DNA of 64,000 bases, from assembly GCA_002688355.1 (NCBI GenBank), contig NZCT01000024.1, forward strand, positions 39,717 through 103,716, read 5' to 3'. Origin of the DNA: an archaeon. GTDB lineage: Archaea > Nanobdellota > Nanobdellia > SCGC-AAA011-G17 > GW2011-AR20. The notes under the pieces were generated by a model that saw only the letters and a list, made by a program, of their open reading frames with translations, was not told the DNA's origin and searched no databases. The position numbers and the translations under genes were made by a program. This document shows positions 56,238-64,000 of the stretch, in pieces (positions within the stretch are counted from its first letter, which is position 1; each line of letters starts with the position of its first letter).

Positions 56238-57514
56238 TGATAAAAAAAATATTAAAAGCAAAAAGAGGGTCTTTAGTAAAAGACAACGCAACATTATTTA
56301 TTGCAACTTTCATAGGAAGTGCTTTTGGTTATTTATTCCATTTCTTTGTAGCTCGTTTATTAGGTCCTTCAAGTTATGGAATCTTAGGATCATTATTATC
56401 AATTTTATACATATTAACAATTCCATTTAACACAATTCAAACAGCAATAGCAAGATTTACTTCTGAATTTAACTCTAAAAAAGAAGAAGGAAAAATAGCT
56501 TTTTTATTAAGAAAATCAACAAAGAAAATGTTCATTGCAGGCGTAGTCTTATCTATTATTTTAATTTTATTAACCCCATCATTAAAATCATTTTTAAAAA
56601 TAGAATCTTCTTCTCCTTTTATTGTTCTATCATTCATAACAATCTTTGTTTTACTTCTTCCAATAATAAGAGGAGTAATGCAAGGTTTACAAGATTTTAA
56701 TAAGTTAGGTTTAAACTTAATTTTAGAAGGTGTATTTAAATTTGGCCTGGGAGTCTTATTCGTTCTTATAGGCTTACAAGTTAACGGTGCAGTTGGTGCG
56801 ATAATAGCATCTTTTGGAATTCCATTTTTCATTGGCTTTTACAATCTTAGGAAATATCTAAAGATAAAAGAAGTTCCAATAGAAAAAACAAAACTATACA
56901 AATATTCAGTTAATTTATTAATTTTACTAAGTGCATTAACAATATTTTACAGTATAGATGTTTTACTAGTCAAACATTATTTTTCAAGTAAAGAAGCAGG
57001 ATTTTACGCAGCAGCTAGTTTATTAGGAAAAGTAATTTTCTTTGGAACTTTATCAATTACCCAAGTAATGTTTGCAAAAGTTTCTGATAATTTATTCAAC
57101 AAAAAAGCCTTCAAAAGAATCATGTATCAATCATTATTAGTTATAGGAACATTTGGCTTAGGAACATTTTTATTTTACATTTTATTTCCTAACTTCACAA
57201 TAAACTTGTTTGTAGGGCAAGAATTCGCAGCAATAAAACCATATATTGGAAAATTCGCAATCATAATGACTTTATTCTCTCTATTTTATGCATTATCATT
57301 CTACCATATTTCACTAAACAGAAACAAGTTCATTTTACTAATAATCTTAGCAGATATAGTAGAAATAGCTTTAATAACGCAATTCCACAACTCAATAGAG
57401 CAAGTAGTCAACATATTGCTTTATATTGTTTTGGCATTATTCACAATATTATTTATATACACAATTTTAAAGAAAGATGACAAAACTTTCAATAGTAATC
57501 CCAGCATACAATGA
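56225..57514 (+). CDS. Wzx-like polysaccharide/oligosaccharide flippase (MOP superfamily)
   Basis: 429 aa with about 12 TM helices. Its N-terminal pattern is typical of polysaccharide biosynthesis (Wzx) proteins. Confidence 0.55.
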   Translation: MGSIMIKKILKAKRGSLVKDNATLFIATFIGSAFGYLFHFFVARLLGPSSYGILGSLLSILYILTIPFNTIQTAIARFTSEFNSKKEEGKIAFLLRKSTKKMFIAGVVLSIILILLTPSLKSFLKIESSSPFIVLSFITIFVLLLPIIRGVMQGLQDFNKLGLNLILEGVFKFGLGVLFVLIGLQVNGAVGAIIASFGIPFFIGFYNLRKYLKIKEVPIEKTKLYKYSVNLLILLSALTIFYSIDVLLVKHYFSSKEAGFYAAASLLGKVIFFGTLSITQVMFAKVSDNLFNKKAFKRIMYQSLLVIGTFGLGTFLFYILFPNFTINLFVGQEFAAIKPYIGKFAIIMTLFSLFYALSFYHISLNRNKFILLIILADIVEIALITQFHNSIEQVVNILLYIVLALFTILFIYTILKKDDKTFNSNPSIQ

Positions 57515-58256
57515 AGAAAAAAGAATCCAAGAAACGTTAGATAGTTACATAGATTTTTTTCAAAAAGTGTATAAAAAAGACTTTGAAATCATTATAGTTC
57601 TAAATGGCTGTACTGATAATACCTTATTTATCGTAAAAAAATATGCAAAAAAACATGATTTCATTATTTATAGAGATTTTAAAGAAGCAATCAAAAAAGG
57701 TGGAGCTGTCATTGAAGGCTTTAAAATAGCAAAAGGAGATTACATTGGTTTCGTTGATGCTGATAATTCTACCTTGCCAAATGACTTTAACGATCTAGCC
57801 ATAAAAATGAAAGAAAGTAATTTTGATGTCGTAGTAGCTTCAAGATGGTTAAAAGATTCTATAGTAGAAACAAAACAACCATTACTAAAAAGAATTGGAA
57901 GTCGTGGTTTTAATCTTCTTGTTAATTTACTTTTCAATTTACATATTAAGGATTCACAATGTGGCGCGAAAATTTTCAAAAGAAATGTAGTAAAAGAAAT
58001 CATTCCAGAAATTGGAATAGCAAATTGGGCATTTGATGTTAATTTATTATTTTCAGCAAAAAGAAAAGGTTATAATATAATAGAAATACCTACTAAATGG
58101 AATGCAGCAGAAGCCTCACATTTTAATTTGTTCAAAGCAATACCTGAAATGTTCCTAGGCCTAATAAGATTAAGATTACTATATTCCCCGTTAAAACTTA
58201 TGATAAAAATTTATGATAAATTACCAGAAGAAATAAAAATACACCACAGATTATAA
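57477..58256 (+). CDS. GT2 glycosyltransferase (dolichyl-phosphate mannose/glucose synthase-like)
   Basis: LSIVIPAYNEEKRI ... LNGCTDNT ... GFVDADNS. Confidence 0.7.
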   Translation: MTKLSIVIPAYNEEKRIQETLDSYIDFFQKVYKKDFEIIIVLNGCTDNTLFIVKKYAKKHDFIIYRDFKEAIKKGGAVIEGFKIAKGDYIGFVDADNSTLPNDFNDLAIKMKESNFDVVVASRWLKDSIVETKQPLLKRIGSRGFNLLVNLLFNLHIKDSQCGAKIFKRNVVKEIIPEIGIANWAFDVNLLFSAKRKGYNIIEIPTKWNAAEASHFNLFKAIPEMFLGLIRLRLLYSPLKLMIKIYDKLPEEIKIHHRL

Positions 58257-58259
58257 AAA

Positions 58260-60023
58260 ATGAGTGACAAAATACTAGACAAAACATTAGATTTAATCTT
58301 TTCTAAAAACAATCTAAAATATTTATTAATATTATTTATCCTAGCTTTAACTTTACGTGGAATAGTAGCAAATAACGTAGGACCAAACGCAGATGAAATG
58401 TTACATGCACCTCACGCTATAGATTTTATTAATTCTGGAAAACTACAAATCATGGATCAAGATCCTGTTTGGTTTTTCTTAACAGATCTTTCATATAAAA
58501 TATTTGGAGTAAGTATGTTTTCAGCAAGATTCTTAGCAGTCCTATTTGGAGCCCTCTCAGTTCTAGTTTTATATTTAATAGTAAAAAACGTATACAACAA
58601 AAAAATAGCCCTAATAGCTTCTATTTTACTTACATTTTCTTCATTTCACATATTAATGAGTCTAGCAGAAATGGACGTTGCTATGATGTTCTTTGTTCTA
58701 TTAAGCATACTTTTATTCATTAAAGGTTTAAAAGAAAACAATAACAAATATCTAGCCTCTTCTTACGTTTTTTTAGGAATAGCAATTTTAGTAAAACAAA
58801 TAGCCATTACATTTATTCCAACATTAATAATCTTCTTCATTTACCATAAAAGAAAAAACAAACAAAAAATAACCTTAAAACATGCATTTACTTTTTTTAT
58901 AATATTACTAATAATCTCCCTACCAGTTCTAACATTTAACTTTTTACTATACAAAGATAAAGGTTTAGTAGATCTACAATTCTCAAGATTCTTAGGTATA
59001 GCAACAGAAACTTACGCACCAATAGCAGCTACATTAAAACCTTTTAGTTTACGAGATGTTTTCTTTAGTTATGAATCTCACAAACCAGGAATTATTGAAG
59101 GTTCTGCTTTCTTCTGGAACTTTGGAAAATTAATTACAGTTCTAGGAATCTTAGGTTTTATTCTTTCAGTTTTAAGAAGAAAAAAATACACATTACTATG
59201 GTTCCTAACATTTATTTTCCCATTCATATTTTTATCAGGAACTTCCATACTAGAATACCATTTTATATTTGGAGTTCCAATATTAAGTATATTTGCCGCA
59301 CTTTTCATTAACTACTCAAGCAATAAAATCTCAAGCTTAAATATTAAAAAAAATCATATCATAGCAATAATCTTAGCTTTTGTAATTATTTTCAATTTAT
59401 ATTTTATTTTAGATAGAGGAGTTCTAACACAAAAAAGTGAAGTAACAAAACTAATGTCCTATTCTAAAAATAGCATAGATCCTGATGCTCTAGTAATCGT
59501 CGATAACAGAATTTTTAGAGGAAGAACAGTTTGGATGTTCAACGATAAACACTATCTAGAGGCAGCCGCATTTAACACCATAACAGCTCAAATCAATGAT
59601 ATTCCAGGAACACCAACTACATTAAGAACATATTTCATAGAATGTGTAACAGATGACTGCGGTTGGGGCACTATAGCTAGCCAACCAGAGCTTAATGAAT
59701 CCATGGAACAAATAACCACATTCTTTAAAGAAAACGCTAATTTAGAAACCACAATCACAAATAGAGAAAATGACCCTTACATTAGTGTTTACTCAGGAAA
59801 CTTACAATTAAAAGATTCTTTGCTACAAATAGCAGATTCAACACATGAATGGTTCTACTATCCTTTAAGATTTGAACCAGCAGAAAGAGTTTTTGACAAT
59901 TACAAAACAAATAATCTATTTGAAAAATTCTTAAATTTAATAGGACATATAGTTTTATACATAGAAATATTAATAGCCTTATTCTCTATAGTTCTAGTAT
60001 TTTATTTAATAAGAAAAGAATGA
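58260..60023 (+). CDS. GT-C fold glycosyltransferase (ArnT/PMT-like)
   Basis: 587 aa and polytopic. The first extracytoplasmic loop has a DE motif (NADEMLHAPHA) and the C-terminus is a soluble domain. Confidence 0.55.
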   Translation: MSDKILDKTLDLIFSKNNLKYLLILFILALTLRGIVANNVGPNADEMLHAPHAIDFINSGKLQIMDQDPVWFFLTDLSYKIFGVSMFSARFLAVLFGALSVLVLYLIVKNVYNKKIALIASILLTFSSFHILMSLAEMDVAMMFFVLLSILLFIKGLKENNNKYLASSYVFLGIAILVKQIAITFIPTLIIFFIYHKRKNKQKITLKHAFTFFIILLIISLPVLTFNFLLYKDKGLVDLQFSRFLGIATETYAPIAATLKPFSLRDVFFSYESHKPGIIEGSAFFWNFGKLITVLGILGFILSVLRRKKYTLLWFLTFIFPFIFLSGTSILEYHFIFGVPILSIFAALFINYSSNKISSLNIKKNHIIAIILAFVIIFNLYFILDRGVLTQKSEVTKLMSYSKNSIDPDALVIVDNRIFRGRTVWMFNDKHYLEAAAFNTITAQINDIPGTPTTLRTYFIECVTDDCGWGTIASQPELNESMEQITTFFKENANLETTITNRENDPYISVYSGNLQLKDSLLQIADSTHEWFYYPLRFEPAERVFDNYKTNNLFEKFLNLIGHIVLYIEILIALFSIVLVFYLIRKE

Positions 60024-60715
60024 AACTAAGCATAATAATACCAGTATACAACGAAGAGAAAACCCTTGAAGAGATTATAGATAAAGTTCAGAACGTTAAT
60101 CTAAAAGAAATAGAAAAAGAGCTTATAATTGTTAACGATAAATCTACAGATAACACTAATGAAAAAATAAAACTACTAACAAAAAAATACTCTAATATTA
60201 AATCTTTCTCTCACAATATTAATCAAGGAAAAGGTGCTGCAATAAGAACAGGCCTTAAAAATTTTACAGGAGATATTATTGTAATTCAAGATGGAGATTT
60301 AGAATACAATCCAGAAGATTTTAAAAGATTAATTCAACCAATATTAAACAAAAAAACAAAAGTGGTCTATGGTTCAAGATTATTAGGAGAAGAAAAAGGT
60401 TTTAGCATATTCTCACATTATTTAGGAAACAGAATTTTATCTATTGCAACCACATTATTATATTTTAGAAGAATAACAGATATGGAAACTTGTTATAAAA
60501 TGTTCACAAAAGACGTTATTAACTCTCTAAAATTAAAAGCTAAAAGATTTGATTTTGAACCAGAAATTACAGCGAAAATAATTAAAAAAGGTTATAAAAT
60601 TATTGAAATACCTATTGTCTATAATTGTAGATCTTTTAAAGAAGGTAAGAAAATAACTTGGGTCGATGGCCTAAAAGCACTATTTTACTTACTAAAATAC
60701 AGATTTACAAATTAA
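60020..60715 (+). CDS. GT2 glycosyltransferase
   Basis: LSIIIPVYNEEKTL ... IIVNDKSTDNT ... IQDGDLE. Confidence 0.7.
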   Translation: MKLSIIIPVYNEEKTLEEIIDKVQNVNLKEIEKELIIVNDKSTDNTNEKIKLLTKKYSNIKSFSHNINQGKGAAIRTGLKNFTGDIIVIQDGDLEYNPEDFKRLIQPILNKKTKVVYGSRLLGEEKGFSIFSHYLGNRILSIATTLLYFRRITDMETCYKMFTKDVINSLKLKAKRFDFEPEITAKIIKKGYKIIEIPIVYNCRSFKEGKKITWVDGLKALFYLLKYRFTN

Positions 60716-60718
60716 ACC

Positions 60719-61633
60719 ATGACTAAACCAAAATTTTCAATTGTTATAGCCCTTGCACCAGAAAGAAATGCTGAAGTTTTAGACTCACTAAAATTAGTAG
60801 ACTATCTCAAAGAGAATTATGAAATTATTGTAAAAAAAGGATTAAACCCAAGTGAAAATAGAAATAATGGAATAAAAGAATCTAAAGGTGAAATTATAGT
60901 TATCTTAGATGATGATGCATACTTAGATGAAAACATTCTAAAAAACGCAGAATCATTCTTTAAAGAACATAAAGATATCTCTATAGTCGGTGGACCACAA
61001 TTAACACCTAAAACTGATAATTTCTTCGCTAAAACTTCAGGTTACGTCTTAGAATCAAAATTTGGAGCATATCAAATGAGCTCTCGTTACACAAAACAAA
61101 AACTAAACTTAAACGCAGATGAAAAATCTATAACATCAGCAAATTGTTTCATAAGAAAAAATATAATAAAAGATGTTGGTTACTTTAACACAAATTTATA
61201 TCCAGGAGAAGATCCAGAATTTTTTTCAAGAGCTAAAAATAAAGGATTTAAAATAGCATACTCTCCTAATCTAATTATTTATCACAAAAGGAGAAACACT
61301 TTCTTCTCATTTCTAAAACAAATCTACAAATATGGTAAAGTAAGATTACAAAAAGAAAACATAAACAAATCAATAGTTAACCCAGTATTCTTAATACCTT
61401 CAATATTTTTTATTTATGTAATAACATTACCACTAACATATCAACTATCTAGTTTATTTGTTCTACCTTTAATTTTATACATAATAATAAATATTCTATT
61501 CTCATTTATAATTTCATTCAAAAATGAACCATATGCATTCCCATTAATATTTATTTTATTTTTCTCAATACATCTGTCTTATGGTTTAGGAATGTTAATA
61601 TATATTCTAAAATTTAAAAATCATAGTTCTTAA
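60719..61633 (+). CDS. GT2 glycosyltransferase with a C-terminal membrane anchor
   Basis: FSIVIALAPERNAE ... ILDDDAY, followed by C-terminal TM helices. Confidence 0.6.
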   Translation: MTKPKFSIVIALAPERNAEVLDSLKLVDYLKENYEIIVKKGLNPSENRNNGIKESKGEIIVILDDDAYLDENILKNAESFFKEHKDISIVGGPQLTPKTDNFFAKTSGYVLESKFGAYQMSSRYTKQKLNLNADEKSITSANCFIRKNIIKDVGYFNTNLYPGEDPEFFSRAKNKGFKIAYSPNLIIYHKRRNTFFSFLKQIYKYGKVRLQKENINKSIVNPVFLIPSIFFIYVITLPLTYQLSSLFVLPLILYIIINILFSFIISFKNEPYAFPLIFILFFSIHLSYGLGMLIYILKFKNHSS

Positions 61634-63167
61634 ATTCATAAATAATTAAAACAGGTCTAGTCTGTTGAGCATCTGCAAAATATCCTTGAACAGGAACTAA
61701 AGTATTTGGGAATTCATTAGGGAAATTCAAAATAGATTCAACATGCTGCTCAAAAATAGATACTATCATGTACTTAGGTTTTAATTCTCTACTTTGACTA
61801 ATAAATTCCTCTTTACCTCCAGGTATACCATACACACCTCTCTCAGCATAATATGTTGTCTGGGGAACAGATTTACTAAACACAATATCATTTTCATTAG
61901 AGTTTTCCTTAATAAACAAACCAGCATCTTTAAGCTGTGCAAAAGAATCTATTTTACTCTTAATACTTGCATCTGCTTGTTTTAATTCATAAAAAGAACC
62001 AACTAAGAATAAAGAAACAACTGCTAGTATAGCTAACTGCCTATTATACTTCTTAATTAAATCATAAATTAACATGATTCCTCTATAAACTACATAAAAA
62101 AATGGCAAAGCTATTGGTATTAACCAACGATCCTCTACGTCTCTTTCTAAAAATACAAAATATAATAAATTAATCAATAACCACAAGATCATAAATAAAT
62201 CTGCTTTTAATTTTAAATTTCCTTCTTTTTTAAAAATTAAATCAAAACCTATAAACAATTTATAAAAAGATAACAGACCAATAAAAAACAAAATATAAAA
62301 CAATTCCGAACCAAACCATTTAAAGAAATTACAAAAGTTTTTACCTTCACAATTAAACCCTAATATATGCCACCCAATTGGTTTACCACTTATCCCAGCA
62401 GGATTGTCCGTTACATGAGAACCAAATAAAAATGCAGTTGGATCCCCAAATTGAACTTTGTCATACACAAAGAAAGGCACTAAAACTATTAACAAAATAA
62501 AAAAAGACAGCCATAATTTTTTACTCTTCAAAAATCTAAATCTATCTGCTAATAACAAATAAGCTAAAAAAACAAATCCAGTTAAAGCAGCAGTTAACTT
62601 AATTAAAAATGCTAATCCTAAGAATAAACCAATCAAATAAATATACCATTGTTTCTTCTCCTTAACATAACCTTTCCAAAAATAATAAACAGCTAACAAT
62701 GTAAAAAATAACAATGGAATGTCTGGTAGTAATCTATTACTTACAAATAAACCCAACCAAAATACAGACATTAACAATGCTATTGCTACTCCTGTTCTTC
62801 TATTATAAAATTCTTTTCCAATTAAATAAGATAAAAATACAGTTAACATTGATGGAATAAACTCTAAAAAGAATTTAGTTACTACCTCTCCAAAACCTAA
62901 CTTCATAAAAATAGCTATTAAAAATGGAAATAATGGTGGTCTTTGAACATTAAAATCATAAAAAACACCTTTTACCCAATGTAAACTCATACTCATGTAC
63001 TCTCCCGAATCCCAAAAAAGAACTTGATTTGAAGTTATGATAAAATAATATAATCTAAGAATAAAGGAAAATAATAAAATAAGAACCAATAAGAGATTCC
63101 ATTTATTATCTAGAAATTTCTTAATCTTCTTTTTTAATTCGTTATCTGATTTTTCTTCTTCTTCCAT
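61614..63167 (-). CDS. GT-C fold membrane glycosyltransferase (ArnT/PMT-like)
   Basis: 517 aa and polytopic with a C-terminal soluble domain. The acidic N-terminus MEEEEKSD precedes the first TM. Confidence 0.45.
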   Translation of the reverse strand: MEEEEKSDNELKKKIKKFLDNKWNLLLVLILLFSFILRLYYFIITSNQVLFWDSGEYMSMSLHWVKGVFYDFNVQRPPLFPFLIAIFMKLGFGEVVTKFFLEFIPSMLTVFLSYLIGKEFYNRRTGVAIALLMSVFWLGLFVSNRLLPDIPLLFFTLLAVYYFWKGYVKEKKQWYIYLIGLFLGLAFLIKLTAALTGFVFLAYLLLADRFRFLKSKKLWLSFFILLIVLVPFFVYDKVQFGDPTAFLFGSHVTDNPAGISGKPIGWHILGFNCEGKNFCNFFKWFGSELFYILFFIGLLSFYKLFIGFDLIFKKEGNLKLKADLFMILWLLINLLYFVFLERDVEDRWLIPIALPFFYVVYRGIMLIYDLIKKYNRQLAILAVVSLFLVGSFYELKQADASIKSKIDSFAQLKDAGLFIKENSNENDIVFSKSVPQTTYYAERGVYGIPGGKEEFISQSRELKPKYMIVSIFEQHVESILNFPNEFPNTLVPVQGYFADAQQTRPVLIIYEFKNYDF

Positions 63168-63958
63168 TGATTTAATTCTCTTCTTCTTTTATTTAATCTC
63201 TCTTTATTTCTATCCCAATATAATCTATTTCTTTTTAATACTTTTTCTCTATTCAAAATATAATATTTCTTTCGTAGTTTAACTATTTTACCCTTATTCC
63301 TAATACGATAAATTTTTGATTTAATTGATATTATATCTTTATTTTTCTTTCTATATTTTCTTTGATATTTCAATATTCTATCCTTATTTTTTATATGATA
63401 CTCTTTTTTATTTTTTGATATAACTTGTTTTGCTCTAATAAGTTTATCATTATTTTTATCATCCAAATGACCTAATTTGTAAATCATTGAATTATGTATA
63501 TAGTCTTTTATTAAAATCAAAAATTTTTCTGCATTTTCTCTTTTAAAAAAGATATAATATCCATCACTTTTCCTACAGATCTTACAATTAACTCCATATT
63601 TGTCCTTTAAAAATCTTTTAACAGAAAGATTGTCATTATAGCTAAAACAATTTGTCGCTATACTTGAAGAATAAGCACCATAATGATATGTTCCATCATC
63701 CATATACCAAACAGCTAGTCCCAATTCATTCAAATTATACAATACATTTTTAGGGATAATCTTTTTATTATTTTTATAAAAAATATCACGATATTTATTC
63801 AAATTCGAATCAGAAGCATAAATTTTTATTGTTTTATATATCTTCTTTGTTCGTTTGTCATATTTATCAAATATATATGGTTTATTAATAAAATTAAACT
63901 GTTTACACATTAGCTTCAATTTCCATATCAAGTAATCTTTCTGTTTTAAAGAATGCAT
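63134..63958 (-). CDS. LAGLIDADG-like putative homing endonuclease with a long K/R-rich C-terminal tail
   Basis: A single motif NELGLAVWYMDDGTYHYG resembling LAGLIDADG. The last ~100 aa are K/R-rich, of the RKKNKD...KRRRELNQWKKKKNQ type. The gene overlaps the GT-C gene by 34 nt. Confidence 0.35.
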   Translation of the reverse strand: MHSLKQKDYLIWKLKLMCKQFNFINKPYIFDKYDKRTKKIYKTIKIYASDSNLNKYRDIFYKNNKKIIPKNVLYNLNELGLAVWYMDDGTYHYGAYSSSIATNCFSYNDNLSVKRFLKDKYGVNCKICRKSDGYYIFFKRENAEKFLILIKDYIHNSMIYKLGHLDDKNNDKLIRAKQVISKNKKEYHIKNKDRILKYQRKYRKKNKDIISIKSKIYRIRNKGKIVKLRKKYYILNREKVLKRNRLYWDRNKERLNKRRRELNQWKKKKNQITN

Positions 63959-64000
63959 CTCACTATAAACAGCACTTTTTCCTTTACCAAATACTAAACT

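Noticed and set aside
1825-61985. Short antisense ORFs from the track, such as 1825-2034, 3439-3624, 4143-4328, 7356-7625, 10745-11014, 11702-11926, 11942-12157, 12470-12721, 13355-13552, 15165-15449, 18677-18865, 23887-24150, 28805-29041, 39167-39406, 42093-42299, 46009-46224, 55592-55840, 56437-56832, 57740-58003, 59078-59308 and 61794-61985
   Set aside because: Each lies wholly inside a longer gene on the opposite strand that has recognisable motifs. They are treated as spurious.
1-64000. The possibility that the contig is bacterial (CPR-like): M23 peptidase, split TadB/TadC-like genes, Flp-like G-x4-EY pilin, porin-like protein
   Set aside because: There are TATA boxes at about -26, an intron-split tRNA, XPD rather than DinG, HTH-KaiC ATPases, a DUF2072/2073 operon, an AglH-type GT4 and QxxxE class III pilins. 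The balance favours archaea, so the bacterial-looking items are kept as findings.
1-64000. CRISPR arrays, rRNA genes and IS transposases
   Set aside because: No regularly spaced direct repeats of 25-40 bp were found. Intergenic regions are short. No transposase-like ORF was seen.

Overview
Very AT-rich (~25% GC), gene-dense DNA that is most likely archaeal, probably from a DPANN-type genome. The case for archaea rests on TATA-like boxes about 26 nt upstream of starts, class-III signal-peptide pilins with Q at +1 and E at +5, an intron-containing tRNA, an XPD helicase, HTH-KaiC ATPases, an AglB/STT3 N-glycosylation island and use of TTG/GTG starts. The window holds a partial M23 peptidase and a small-GTPase operon. 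An intron-split tRNA follows, with an island of four large secreted surface proteins behind it. SMC comes next, then a run of toxin-antitoxin and nucleotidyltransferase modules, then a type IV pilus-like locus carrying a frameshifted LamG-pilin adhesin. The last ~22 kb are a protein-glycosylation island. That island has AglB, AglH-like GT4, a Wzx-like flippase, about seven GT2 and four GT-C enzymes, a methyltransferase and a radical-SAM/SPASM enzyme. It also holds a carbamoyltransferase-SGNH fusion flanked by small membrane proteins. Loci that look rearranged or phase-variable include rnhB with its catalytic motif out of frame, a Fic remnant, and a G4T5 tract splitting the pilin-LamG gene. No CRISPR array and no rRNA were seen. 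Family assignments are from motif recognition by eye and need HMM confirmation.
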